A DNA stretch of 32,339 nucleotides from an uncultured Candidatus Saccharibacteria bacterium (GCA_964625325.1 CAZVBA010000003.1:1-32339), one strand, 5' to 3'. Counted from the first letter of the stretch, positions 17,461-29,922 are shown. A program made the numbers and translations. Notes: generated from the sequence alone by a model not told the origin.

Positions 17461-18279
17461 ATGGAATTTGTTGATACTCACTGCCATATCCAGGAAGCGT
17501 CGACGGAAACTGGTGGCGATGAGTTTATGCGCCGCAAGTGGGCCGAAGCCGGTTTCAGCGACCCTTCAGCTTTAATTGCCAATGCCGCCGCTGCCGGCGT
17601 AACCCGACTTATTTGCGTCGGTTGCACGCTCCAAGACAGCCAACTGGCCGCCAAACTGGCCGCCAAAGACCAGCATTGTTGGGCCAGCGTCGGTATTCAC
17701 CCGCATGAAGCCAAGGACCACTTGGATAAAGCAAGCCAAATTGCCTTTGAAGAGCTGTTGAAATTGCCTAAAATCGTCGCCATTGGGGAGTGCGGTTTGG
17801 ATTATTTCTATGCCCACTCGCCGAAAGCCGACCAGCTGAAAGTACTTGAATTCCAACTTCAACTGGCACAGGACCATGATTTGCCCTTGATCCTGCATAT
17901 TAGAGAGGCTTTTGATGATTTTTGGCCCCTGTTTGATCGCTTTAAGGGTCTGCGTGGCGTAGTGCACAGCTTTTCGGCCCATCTACCCCAGCTGGAGCAG
18001 GCCCTCAGCCGCAACTTGTATATTGGTCTCAATGGCATTATGACGTTTACTAAAGACGCTCAACAGCTCGAGGCCGCCAAACAAGTACCATTAAATCGAC
18101 TACTGTTAGAGACCGATGCGCCCTTCTTGACTCCATCACCTTATCGTGGTAGAATCTGCGAGCCTAAACACGTAGTGTTGACGGCGGAGTTTCTGGCGGA
18201 TTTGCGCGGTGAGAGCCTGAGCGACTTAGCCTCAGCCACCACTCTTAACGCCAGCACCTTATTCAAACTTAAGGAGTAG
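17461..18279 (+). CDS. tatD: TatD-family nuclease
   Basis: DTHCH, GIHPH, IGECGLDY, HIREA, VVHSF, LLETDAPFL; common position downstream of metG. Confidence 0.93.
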   Translation: MEFVDTHCHIQEASTETGGDEFMRRKWAEAGFSDPSALIANAAAAGVTRLICVGCTLQDSQLAAKLAAKDQHCWASVGIHPHEAKDHLDKASQIAFEELLKLPKIVAIGECGLDYFYAHSPKADQLKVLEFQLQLAQDHDLPLILHIREAFDDFWPLFDRFKGLRGVVHSFSAHLPQLEQALSRNLYIGLNGIMTFTKDAQQLEAAKQVPLNRLLLETDAPFLTPSPYRGRICEPKHVVLTAEFLADLRGESLSDLASATTLNASTLFKLKE

Positions 18280-18280
18280 C

Positions 18281-18583
18281 ATGTCCGCACAGGATATCCT
18301 CAGCGACATCGAAGACCTACCTATCCCGCGCCCTATGCTGCGTCGGGTTGAAGAGGATCTAAATCCGGATCAAACCTACATTGATCAGGCTTTTTATAGC
18401 ATGATGGAAGCCGACCCGGAATTAAAAGCTCTAGACGAACGCTATGCTGCTCAATTTGCCGAGAATGACCCGGTACCCGTGAACGAAGAAGTAGTGGCCA
18501 TGCCGGAACCTGGCCAAGAACTAAATGCCCAAGTGTGGGGCAACGCCGCCTATAAATTAGCTGAGCGGGGTGAACGGCAATGA
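18281..18583 (+). CDS. Acidic hypothetical protein
   Basis: AAGGAG SD; tightly packed between tatD and the next gene (ATGA overlap). Confidence 0.6.
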   Translation: MSAQDILSDIEDLPIPRPMLRRVEEDLNPDQTYIDQAFYSMMEADPELKALDERYAAQFAENDPVPVNEEVVAMPEPGQELNAQVWGNAAYKLAERGERQ

Positions 18584-18972
18584 TTAAAGACATTCTCAAG
18601 AAAACCGTCCAGCAACTAACCGCGCAGCGTGAAGCCGATCGCGAAGCCGAACTGTACCGCAACCTTATCCGCCACGAGGCCAAAATTGGCGGTAAATTAT
18701 TTGGCCCGATTCCTAAAGGTCACCGCCGCGAATTCTTCTGCTTAGATGCCCACAGCTGGATTTGGCACGAGGAGTGGATAGATGAACAGGGCAACCCGCA
18801 GGTCAGAACGACCCGTTATGACATCCGTCCGACGACCATACTAAAAGCTCAGGACGGCCAACCCTACCAGAAGCTGTCCGCCCAAGAAGCCTTTAACTTT
18901 TATCAAGCTACCAAGCTATACCAGCAACAAGTTCGCAGTCAAATCTATACCTTTGCTACCCAAACCGCGTAA
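18580..18972 (+). CDS. Hypothetical protein (EAKIGGKLFGP...RREFFCLD..WIWHEEW)
   Basis: Coupled ORF; motif recalled from Saccharibacteria hypothetical proteins, unverified. Confidence 0.7.
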   Translation: MIKDILKKTVQQLTAQREADREAELYRNLIRHEAKIGGKLFGPIPKGHRREFFCLDAHSWIWHEEWIDEQGNPQVRTTRYDIRPTTILKAQDGQPYQKLSAQEAFNFYQATKLYQQQVRSQIYTFATQTA

Positions 18973-19009
18973 TGACGGCAGTTCGGCTGCTCTTCCCGAG
19001 TAGAATAGA

Positions 19010-20152
19010 GTGGTGAAGCAAATCTATCTGGACCACGCCGCTGCGACGCCGCTGCATCCGAGCGTCCTAAAAGCCATGCAGCCGTATTTTGGTCAGCAAT
19101 TTTATAATCCGTCGGCTACGTATTTAGCGGCCCAAGCCGTGGCTAAAGACTTAATGGCAGCGCGGGCTAATATAGCCCGTGTGCTCGGGGCTAAGCCGCC
19201 CGAGATTATCTTTACGGCCGGCGGTACCGAAGCCAACAACCTGGCGATTCATGGCATTATGCGCCGCTACCCCGGTGGGGAAATTATCACAGGCGCCATC
19301 GAGCACGAATCAGTGCTGCAACCAGGCGCACTCTATCAACATACGATTGCGCCAGTCCAAGCCGACGGGAGGGTTGATTTGGCGAAACTAAAACGGCTGA
19401 TTAACGATAAAACGGTACTGGTGAGTATCATGTACGCCAATAACGAAATCGGTACCATCGAACCCGTCAAAGAAATTGGCCGGCTGATTGCCGAAAAGCG
19501 CCAAGAACGCCTGGCTAAGGGTAATAAGCTGCCACTCTATTTCCATACCGATGCCTGTCAGGCGGCGAATTATCTGGATCTGCACGTCAGCCAACTTGGC
19601 GTTGACCTGATGACCCTCAACGGCGGCAAAATCTACGGGCCCAAACAGTCCGGTGCGCTGTATGTTCGCGCCGGCGTCAAGCTGGAACCGTTGATTTACG
19701 GCGGCGGGCAGGAAAGGGGGCTGCGCAGCGGCACCGAAAACGTCGCCGCGGCCATCGGCCTGGCCACGGCGCTTGCAATGGTGCAGGCCAAACGTCACCA
19801 AGAAACCGAGCGCTTACAAGCTCTGCAGCGCTATTTTATAGAGCAGATTACCGGTAAGCTGCCGACAGTTATTATCAATGGTTCGGAAAAGCACCGTTTG
19901 CCTAACAATGTCCATTTGACGATACCGGGCCAGGACAATGAACGGCTGCTTATCAGGCTGGAAGCAGAAGGTATCCTGGCGGCAGCTGGTTCGGCCTGCA
20001 GCGCCAGCAATGAAGAGCCGTCGCACGTTTTGTGGGCTATTGGTCTCAGCGATAAAGACGCGCAGGCCAGTTTGCGCCTGACGATGGGCCAACCAACCAC
20101 GCGTGAAGATATTGACAAAACAGTCACAGCCATACAGATGGCCATTGAGTGA
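19010..20152 (+). CDS. iscS: Cysteine desulfurase, IscS/NifS group I
   Basis: IYLDHAAATP, FTAGGTEANN, YANNEIGTI, HTDACQ, GGKIYGPK (PLP Lys), RSGTENV, AGSACS (catalytic Cys). Start may be GTG 19013. Confidence 0.92.
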   Translation: MVKQIYLDHAAATPLHPSVLKAMQPYFGQQFYNPSATYLAAQAVAKDLMAARANIARVLGAKPPEIIFTAGGTEANNLAIHGIMRRYPGGEIITGAIEHESVLQPGALYQHTIAPVQADGRVDLAKLKRLINDKTVLVSIMYANNEIGTIEPVKEIGRLIAEKRQERLAKGNKLPLYFHTDACQAANYLDLHVSQLGVDLMTLNGGKIYGPKQSGALYVRAGVKLEPLIYGGGQERGLRSGTENVAAAIGLATALAMVQAKRHQETERLQALQRYFIEQITGKLPTVIINGSEKHRLPNNVHLTIPGQDNERLLIRLEAEGILAAAGSACSASNEEPSHVLWAIGLSDKDAQASLRLTMGQPTTREDIDKTVTAIQMAIE

Positions 20153-20187
20153 TTACTTCTCAGGCGTTATACTAAAACGTAGCTCTT

Positions 20188-21030
20188 ATGCTAAACATAA
20201 AAAACCGTATACATATAACATGGCGCCAAGCGCTCGCTCTGATAGCGCTAGGTTTCCTGGTGGTTATTAGCCATTTGGGCCATACACCGGCGCAAACGGT
20301 TATCCAGGGCTACGATACTGACACCACCCTGCAGCACGGCATGATTATCGCTATCAGCCAGAAAGACGCCACCAAGGTCGAAGCCGCCACCAGCAGTAGT
20401 GTCGAACGTATGCGTGGCGTCGTCGTAGATCCAGCCGACGCCGCTGTGACGCTATCATCGCCCAGCCAGAAGGTGTTTGTGGCCGGCGCCGGTCGTTATT
20501 CGGTATTGGTTAGTAATCAGAACGGCTCTATCCACGCCGACGATTACATCAGTATTTCTTCATTGCCCGGTATTGGTATGAAGGCCAGAGGTGATCAAAG
20601 TATAGTCTTAGGTCGTGCCATCACGGCCTTTGATGGTACTAACCACGTAATTAGCACCGCCTCAGTTATTGACAAAAGTACCAAGCAAGTGGCCATTGGA
20701 ACAGTAACGGTCGATATCAATATAATTCGTAATCCGCTAGTCGGCACTGGTAATTCCAGCTTACCGAGCTTCTTACAATCGGCCAGCACAACGATTGCCG
20801 GCAAAGATGTCAGCCCCGGCAAAGTCTATCTGGCGGCGGTTATTTTGTTGATGGCCGGTATTATCAGCGGCAGTATGCTCTACGCCGGTGTGCGGAGCAG
20901 TATTGTGTCGATTGGTCGTAACCCTTTGTCCAAGCGTTCCATCATTGGCAGCCTGCTTCAGGTGGTCATCACCAGTCTGATTATTTTCATCGGTGGGCTT
21001 TTTGGGGTATATTTATTACTAAAGTTATAG
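20188..21030 (+). CDS. Exported-domain protein with C-terminal ATP synthase subunit-c-like hairpin
   Basis: N-terminal hydrophobic segment, ~180-aa beta-rich domain, then TM - SIGRNPLSKRSI - TM at the C-terminus; occupies the atpE slot. Confidence 0.65.
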   Translation: MLNIKNRIHITWRQALALIALGFLVVISHLGHTPAQTVIQGYDTDTTLQHGMIIAISQKDATKVEAATSSSVERMRGVVVDPADAAVTLSSPSQKVFVAGAGRYSVLVSNQNGSIHADDYISISSLPGIGMKARGDQSIVLGRAITAFDGTNHVISTASVIDKSTKQVAIGTVTVDINIIRNPLVGTGNSSLPSFLQSASTTIAGKDVSPGKVYLAAVILLMAGIISGSMLYAGVRSSIVSIGRNPLSKRSIIGSLLQVVITSLIIFIGGLFGVYLLLKL

Positions 21031-21052
21031 TTCGTAAGGCGGGTGGGAAATA

Positions 21053-21670
21053 ATGAATCTTTGGGCAGTCATAGCCGTACTGGGAATGCTGGCAGCAACA
21101 ACAGCCGCTTTCCTCTGGTTAGCCTTGAGGCTGCCGGCGTCTAAACAGTCGAAAACCGGCGCTCAACAGTTTGGCGAAGCGGCCGAAGACGACGTTGAGC
21201 ATATTTTCAATGACGAGTTTCGTGAAGAGTTACGCAACCGTGGGCGGCTGCACTTCGAGAAAATCATCGGCGAGAACGCTATGTTCCTGCAGCAGGACTT
21301 GCGCCTGACGACTTCCCAACTCAATGAATACATGAAGGGCGAGATAACTCGTACCCTACAGGAAGAATTCGCTAAATACGAGGAATCAATTACCGACGCC
21401 AAGCAACTGGCGATTGATTCAATTGAAAAGACCCAAACCGCCATTGAACAACAGCGACAACTACTTAATCAGCAACTGCAAAAGGAAGTCGCCGATGAGA
21501 AGGCGCGGCTGATTACCAACTTCGAGAAAAACATGGCCGATATCGTCAATCACTACGTTCTGGCCGCCGTTGGCAACCAAATTGACCTGAGCGACCAGCT
21601 GGACTACATCTTGAGCGAACTCCAAGATAACAAAAAAGCGATTATCGAGGACTTAACCCGTGGCTCATGA
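21053..21670 (+). CDS. Subunit-b-like peripheral stalk protein
   Basis: Single N-terminal TM then a long charged helical/coiled-coil region; atpF position. Assignment by architecture and position only. Confidence 0.6.
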   Translation: MNLWAVIAVLGMLAATTAAFLWLALRLPASKQSKTGAQQFGEAAEDDVEHIFNDEFREELRNRGRLHFEKIIGENAMFLQQDLRLTTSQLNEYMKGEITRTLQEEFAKYEESITDAKQLAIDSIEKTQTAIEQQRQLLNQQLQKEVADEKARLITNFEKNMADIVNHYVLAAVGNQIDLSDQLDYILSELQDNKKAIIEDLTRGS

Positions 21671-22139
21671 TAAACAACTAAGCTTGCCTTACTCGGTTGT
21701 CGGTCGCAGCGATGTCGGCCGGCTAATTCGCGAGCTGGAAGCTCTGGAAGCGGCTATGCAGCGCAAGACCGCTCAAAAAGATGAAAAACTATTGCCAACT
21801 TCGCGCTTACTGGACGATTTGAGTCAGCAAAACAAACTCAACCTGCTGCAGCCCGACGATCGCGCCGCCCTCAAGCAGTTTTTGGAGCAAGTGCGCAAAG
21901 ACGCACCGCAGTTACACTTCAATTTTAGTACCGATCCCTCACCGCGCTTTATGGCCAGCCTGGTCGGTTGGGTACGCCAGGAAATCCATCCGGCGGCGCT
22001 GCTGCAAATCGGCTTGGAACCGGCCCTCGGCGCCGGCTGCACGCTGCGCACCACCAACCGTTACTTCGATTTCAGCCTGCGCCACTACTTTGACAACCAG
22101 CGCGAATTGCTGCTGTCGAAGATGAAGGGCGGAGCCTGA
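21660..22139 (+). CDS. Subunit-delta (OSCP)-like protein
   Basis: C-terminal [21 protein letters not shown] matches delta's DPSLIGG..I....D.S; atpH position. Confidence 0.7.
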   Translation: MAHDKQLSLPYSVVGRSDVGRLIRELEALEAAMQRKTAQKDEKLLPTSRLLDDLSQQNKLNLLQPDDRAALKQFLEQVRKDAPQLHFNFSTDPSPRFMASLVGWVRQEIHPAALLQIGLEPALGAGCTLRTTNRYFDFSLRHYFDNQRELLLSKMKGGA

Positions 22140-23565
22140 TGAGCTCTGGCAACCAACACTTTGACCGCTTGGTTAGCGCCGGCCACCCGGTTGGCGAAGT
22201 CGAAGCGGTTGACCGCTTTATTATCAAGGTGCGTGGTCTGCAACCGGTCAGCTTACATGCTCTGGTGATGTTTGAAGACGGTAGTAAAGGCTTTGTCTAC
22301 CAGATTGAAGAGAATCATGTGGTAGTGCTTCACTTGGGCGTCAAGCCGCTGGACGAGGGGATGGTAGCCGTTGTCCAACACCAGGAATTAGTCTGCAAAG
22401 TCGGTAAAGACCTGGTTGGCCGCGTTATATCGGTTACCGGCGAACCTTTAGACGGGAAAGGACCGATTGCCAGCGATGCCTCCTGGCCGGTCTTCAACGT
22501 GGCACCGGCGTTATACGAACGCCAGCTGCTGGATACTCAATTGGAGAGCGGCATCACGGTGATTGACTCACTGTTCCCAATCGTCCGCGGGCAACGTCTG
22601 GCCCTACTCGGCGACAGCAAAGCCGGCAAAACAACCATTGCTACCCAGCTGACACTGAACCAGAAGAACACCGACCAGGTGGTGGTTTACGTATTGGTTG
22701 CCAAACGGCGCAGTGATATTGATATGTTGCTCAGCCGCTTGCAGGCAAGCGGCGGTATGGACAGTGCCGTAGTGGTTGTTTCGACCGCCTTCGAATCGCT
22801 CATAATGAGCTACTTGGCACCGTATGTGGCCTGTTCGATTGCCGAATACTTGTGGCAGGTTACGAATCAGGACACCATTATTGTTTACGACGACCTGACC
22901 AGCCACGCCCAAGTCGTCAGGGAAATCTCGCTGCTAGCCGGTGTCAACCCGGGCCGCGATTCTTACCCGGGCGATATGTTTTTTGCTCATTCCAGCTTGC
23001 TCGAGCGGGCCGGCCGACTCAAGAAAAACGGCAAGTGCCTGACCAGTATTCCACTGGTGTTGGCGGTTGGCGGCGATATTACGGCTTACTTGCCGACCAA
23101 TATTATGTCGATTACTGACGGGCAGTGGATATTGGACTTGGAAATTTTTAGAAGCGGCGTCCGGCCGGCGCTCAGCATCGGTAAAAGTGTCACCCGTGTC
23201 GGCGGCATTGGCCATAACAAACGCCAAAAGCAGTTGGCTGGCAAAACCTTAAAATTGCTGGCCGACTACCGACAGGCTGAGGAGTTTTCCCACTTCGGCT
23301 CAGAGCTGGCCCTGGAATCCAAACGAGCCCTTAATACCGGCAAACGCTTATTTGAGCTGTTGAGCCAGGCACCCGAGGATACCTATTCGCTCATGGCCCA
23401 GCAACTGATGCTCGATATACTTCTGAGCGCTGAAGACACCGGCGTGCTTGACCTAAGGGCCCTCAAAACCCAGGCCAACGATTTCGCAGCAAAGGTGAGC
23501 AAAGACGAAGATTTTGATAAGGTGCGCGACGAGCTGAAAACTAAAAGCACTATGGAACTGAAGAA

Positions 23566-23569
<4 letters not shown>
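22139..23569 (+). CDS. atpA: F1-ATPase alpha subunit, divergent
   Basis: G+[15 protein letters not shown], Walker [55 protein letters not shown] (Arg finger). Confidence 0.92.
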
Positions 23570-25723
<2,154 letters not shown>

Positions 25724-25724
<1 letters not shown>

Positions 25725-25993
25725 TGGCTGACGCGAAAACCACCACTCAACCGACAATGCACGTCAAGGTTTATTCGCCTTATAAAACCTATTTTGACGA
25801 CGAAGCTTACAGTGTAACGGCCCTGAATGCTACCGGGCCGTTTGATATTTTGCCGCACCATCATAATTTTATGACTCTGCTGGGGGCTTCAGACATTACG
25901 GTCCGCGGGTCATCTGGCGACCATAATATCCGCATTTCGCAAGGTGTTATGCACGTTAAGACCGACAAAGTAATTATTTTTCTGGACGTATAA
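25724..25993 (+). CDS. atpC: F1-ATPase epsilon subunit, N-terminal beta-sandwich only
   Basis: VKVYSP, GPFDILPHH..FMTLL, ISQGVMHV; 89 aa with no C-terminal helices. Confidence 0.8.
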
Positions 25994-25996
25994 AGT

Positions 25997-26965
25997 TTAG
26001 TCGATGGCGACGTAGTCGAAGGAGAAGCTATTGGCGGCTGGGGCGGCATTAGTGGCACAAATGCTAAAGTTGGCGCTGGTGCGATTGATGTAATAGTTCA
26101 AGTTGGCCGCCGCCGAACCAACCGGCGTGATGACGACGTGCGGCGTGGCGTTAAATTTCTGCGAGAAGTTAACCGTCACAAAACAACCGGCCGCCGGGCT
26201 GCCGCCGGTACTAATGGTAACTGTGCCGGCCGTATCAGTGCCGCTGACTGAGCTGGTACCACCGCTGCCCAACGCGCCGCCGTCGCTTTTGCTGGGCGTG
26301 CCACCGCCGGCATCGATGTGGCGGTTGAGTTGCAAATCACCGTTAAGGTGCAAGGTATTTATATTCAGCGAGGCGGCCGACAAGCTGCCGCCGAAACTGC
26401 CGCTGCCGGCCACCGACAAGCCTTTCTGAACGGTAGCATTACCAGTAATAACGACGCTGTTGGCTTGGAGTTGGTCGAGTGTACTGGTACCGCCGACAGT
26501 GATGCCGGCCAGGCTCAGGCCGCCGCCAACCTTGATTTCGCCAGCCACGTCGAGGCTCTGGCGGACTAAAACAGTACCGGCGAAAATAGCGTTGGATTCA
26601 ACACTCAGAATTTTTTTGGGGTCGCCAATGGTCGCCTGGCTGCCCTTTAACTGCTTTAAGGTGTCGGCTGTCAATGTCTGGGTTGTAAGGGGGGTAACCG
26701 TGTTTTCCTTACGGTTATGCTGGATCGATATAAAGACCATAAAAATAGACGTAACTATTATCAGACAGAAGATTAGCAGGTAAATATTGAATCGTTTCAA
26801 CAATGACCGTAACCTTAGCAACCACCAGCGCGTTGGGCGAATTGGGGCGACGGCAGGCGTAGACACTTCGGGGGTTTCGCTAGCCGCCAGTGCGGGCGTG
26901 TTCTCCACCGTGGAACTGGTTTCCAGCGACTCTAGTTGCGGCGCGTTATCTGGTTTTTCGTTCAT
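25997..26965 (-). CDS. Single-pass membrane protein with Gly-rich beta-repeat stalk and fibre-tip-like C-terminal domain
   Basis: Acidic N-tail, TM, repeats such as LDVAGEIKVGG, VVITGNATV, LSVAGSGSFGG; C-terminal VNFSQKFNATPHVVITP...FSI...FDYVAID. Confidence 0.7.
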   Translation of the reverse strand: MNEKPDNAPQLESLETSSTVENTPALAASETPEVSTPAVAPIRPTRWWLLRLRSLLKRFNIYLLIFCLIIVTSIFMVFISIQHNRKENTVTPLTTQTLTADTLKQLKGSQATIGDPKKILSVESNAIFAGTVLVRQSLDVAGEIKVGGGLSLAGITVGGTSTLDQLQANSVVITGNATVQKGLSVAGSGSFGGSLSAASLNINTLHLNGDLQLNRHIDAGGGTPSKSDGGALGSGGTSSVSGTDTAGTVTISTGGSPAAGCFVTVNFSQKFNATPHVVITPVGSAAANLNYYINRTSANFSICATNAAPAANSFSFDYVAID

Positions 26966-27075
26966 ATTATCTAGCTTATGCTTTCACACCATATTAACAT
27001 GGTCAATTGCTTGTCGCATCAAGCATGAGCGGATTGCAAACTGGCCGTAATTAGGGCACAATAAAGTAGCAATTT

Positions 27076-27816
27076 ATGGGGCGCCTAAAGATAAAAATAC
27101 TGGTCCTGGTTGTTATTACGTGGCTTGTCAGTTGGCAGCCGTTGCTGCATGCCCAAACGCTCTGCTCGACTACATACTGTGCAACAGAAACGTTTGTTGG
27201 CACCGGCGGCGAACTTAATGCCTGCAGCAGCGGTGGTAATTATTGTGCTAAGGAAGCTGCCGGTGAAACGGCCGTCGGCAAGGCCGGCAGCACTAACTTC
27301 GGCATCCAAGCTGGCTTTAACACCACCGACGCGCCATATTTAGAGATGAATGTGACGGCCAGCAATATTAATATTGGTACATTGACAACCTCAGCGGCGA
27401 CCACGACAACTTCAAATTTTTACGTTCGCGCCTATCTAGCTAGTGGCTACTCAGTGATAACAATGTCTAACCCCCCGACTAATGGGAGTTACACGCTAAC
27501 TAACCTGACATCACCGACAGCTTCGGCCACTGGTACTGAACAGTTCGGCATCAATCTGAAAGCTAACACCAGCCCTACGACGTTTGGCGCTGACCCTTCA
27601 CAATACCCGGATTCGACGTTTGGGTTCGGCATCGCCGCACCGGGCTACGATACCACCAACCTCTATAAATATGTCAAAAACGACACCATCGCCAAATCCA
27701 ACAGCAGCTCCGGTCGGACCGACTACACTATCTCCTACTTATTTAATATCAGCAGTATCACGCGTGGCGGCACCTATACCTTCAACCATGACCTGGTGGC
27801 GGTCGGTACTTACTGA
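27076..27816 (+). CDS. Secreted protein with WxL/pilin-like C-terminal beta domain
   Basis: Signal peptide (LHA-Q), 4 N-terminal Cys, EQFGINLKANT, ends GGTYTFNHDLVAVGTY. Confidence 0.7.
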   Translation: MGRLKIKILVLVVITWLVSWQPLLHAQTLCSTTYCATETFVGTGGELNACSSGGNYCAKEAAGETAVGKAGSTNFGIQAGFNTTDAPYLEMNVTASNINIGTLTTSAATTTTSNFYVRAYLASGYSVITMSNPPTNGSYTLTNLTSPTASATGTEQFGINLKANTSPTTFGADPSQYPDSTFGFGIAAPGYDTTNLYKYVKNDTIAKSNSSSGRTDYTISYLFNISSITRGGTYTFNHDLVAVGTY

Positions 27817-27824
27817 AGTTTCTT

Positions 27825-28514
27825 ATGGCACTACACTTTTCGCGCGACAGCTTTTACTTCCGCCGGCTGCGCCGCCGCCGCCGGTTGATTGGTACGGCCA
27901 TACTGCTTTTAATCTTACTTTTGGTAGCAACAGCCGTGTTTATAAGTTTGTTTTGGCAGCACGGTGATCAAAACTCACCGTCAGTCATCGGCAAGCAGAA
28001 CAAACCGGTTAATTATCAACCGTACAAGACTTTTACAACCCCTTATTTTCAACTCCAAACCGACCAGAATTGGCAGGCCGTACCCGCCGAGTCGACGGCC
28101 CACGCTTACGTTTACCGGGCGTTTAAGGGCCGGCTGGTAGAACGCGACCTGACAGTGTACGTCAATGAGCTACCACCGCGCCTGATGCTGACCTATATTT
28201 TGCCGGTCCGAGTCGACGGCAACCAATTTACTGCCGGTAGTGTCAGCGACCACTGCCGAACCGCCGCGCCGGCTGCTTACCTGGCGAAGTCGCGCAACCC
28301 AATCGAGGTAACAATTGATAGTGTGCATTTTATCTGCCAGACCGATGGTACTAGCACGACAATCGGCACTGGCCTGAAGGGCGGCAGCTATCAAACAGCG
28401 TTGAGCCGGCCAAACGGTTCATCGGCCCAATACTTTTTGCTCTATCATGACTTGGCTTTCAATCCGCGGCCGCAACTCTTTAAAGACATCGTCGACTCGT
28501 TTAAAACTTTATAA
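27825..28514 (+). CDS. Single-pass membrane protein with exported domain
   Basis: RRLRRRRR followed by a TM helix and a ~185-aa domain with 2 Cys. Confidence 0.7.
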   Translation: MALHFSRDSFYFRRLRRRRRLIGTAILLLILLLVATAVFISLFWQHGDQNSPSVIGKQNKPVNYQPYKTFTTPYFQLQTDQNWQAVPAESTAHAYVYRAFKGRLVERDLTVYVNELPPRLMLTYILPVRVDGNQFTAGSVSDHCRTAAPAAYLAKSRNPIEVTIDSVHFICQTDGTSTTIGTGLKGGSYQTALSRPNGSSAQYFLLYHDLAFNPRPQLFKDIVDSFKTL

Positions 28515-28590
28515 GGTTAAGCATTTTTGCACATATACGAGCCGTACTGTAGAATGAGCCCAAATACGTGTTGAGGAGCACCTGATAAAG

Positions 28591-29922
28591 GTGAGCGGCT
28601 ATCAAATCAAACAGATTATAAAACGGCTTAAAGAGAAGGTATCTAAGCTATGGCGAAGCGGTTTGGCCGCGGCTGGCTTAGGCGTTCTCTTAGTCGCTTT
28701 AATTTTACCCTTACTAATGAATCACGCCACCGCTCTCCAAATCAATTCGCGTTCACTGACGCTCTCTACGGCTGTACCCTCGGCCGCTTCTACCTCGTAT
28801 ACTTTCGGCTTTAAGCTTGGTACCGCCGGCCAAGTCCAAGGCATGAAATTTCAAGCCTGTAATGCTGCGCTTGGTACCTGCACGGCGCCGAGTGGGTTAA
28901 GTTTCTCCAGTGCCGCAGCTCCGAGTAAAACCGGTTTTACTGGTGCCACCAACTTTACGGTTGATGGCACGGGTGCCAACGACTGTGTGGCCAGTGCCAG
29001 CATTCTATGTATTAAACGGACCGATGTAACCAGCGAAGACACGACGACCGCTAAAACTTTGTTGTTTGCGACCAGCATCACCAACCCTAGTGGTACTGGC
29101 GGTACTTGTACGACCGTCAACTGCAGCTTCTTTATTCGTATGACAACCTATACCACCAACACCTGGACCGCCGGCAGCATTGTAGATACCGGTACTGTAG
29201 CTGCATCTACGACCGCCACGCTAACCATTTCTGCCCAAGTCGCCGAGGTACTGAATTTTTGCATTGGCACCACCAGCGTCACCGACGCCACGGCCAGCCC
29301 AGGTGCCGACTGCAGCGCCATCAGTGGCACCAGCGTTAACCTTGGTACGCTGGCGTCGGGTACGATTACCACCACGCCGGTGGCGACGACCACCGGTGGC
29401 AATAACGTCAATGGTATTGCCATGTTGCGTACTAATGCCGCTAATGGTACTACCGTCAGTTACCGGGCCATTCAGGCCGGTACCGGCACCAACCACCTCG
29501 GGGCACTGCGGGTGCCAGGAGCGGTCTGTGCTTCCGGGGCCAGTAATATTGACCAGTGTTTTGCCAGCCAGGGTACTACCCAAGGAACCTTTACATCCAA
29601 TGTTGAGGACTTTGGCATGACGGTTGCAGGCACCAACTGCGGCAGCACGACCGCCTATACCTGTGCGCTGGCCAGCGGCACTAACAACCTCAAAGCTTCC
29701 AGCAACTACATTGGCGCGTCGGCAACGACCTACGGCACGACCAGTGGCTTCGCCTGGGATGAAACCGGCACCTTTGCTCAGATTGCCGCCTCAACTGGTG
29801 CTAGCACCAGCGCGGTCGATGACGAAGCGCTTATCTTAGCCTTCGCCGCTACACCTAGCACTATAACGCCAACCGGTTCATACCAGGTTCAGACCGACTT
29901 CGTGGTCGTCTCAACGTACTAA
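28591..29922 (+). CDS. Secreted Thr/Ser/Gly-rich 12-Cys surface protein, paralog A
   Basis: Signal peptide (ATA-L), RSLTLSTA, ends TPTGSYQVQTDFVVVSTY; start codon uncertain. Confidence 0.8.
   Translation: MSGYQIKQIIKRLKEKVSKLWRSGLAAAGLGVLLVALILPLLMNHATALQINSRSLTLSTAVPSAASTSYTFGFKLGTAGQVQGMKFQACNAALGTCTAPSGLSFSSAAAPSKTGFTGATNFTVDGTGANDCVASASILCIKRTDVTSEDTTTAKTLLFATSITNPSGTGGTCTTVNCSFFIRMTTYTTNTWTAGSIVDTGTVAASTTATLTISAQVAEVLNFCIGTTSVTDATASPGADCSAISGTSVNLGTLASGTITTTPVATTTGGNNVNGIAMLRTNAANGTTVSYRAIQAGTGTNHLGALRVPGAVCASGASNIDQCFASQGTTQGTFTSNVEDFGMTVAGTNCGSTTAYTCALASGTNNLKASSNYIGASATTYGTTSGFAWDETGTFAQIAASTGASTSAVDDEALILAFAATPSTITPTGSYQVQTDFVVVSTY

Noticed and set aside
19610-19650. Inactive IscS because of NGGK instead of SxHK
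   Set aside because: PLP lysine and catalytic cysteine are both retained; treated as a sequence variant.
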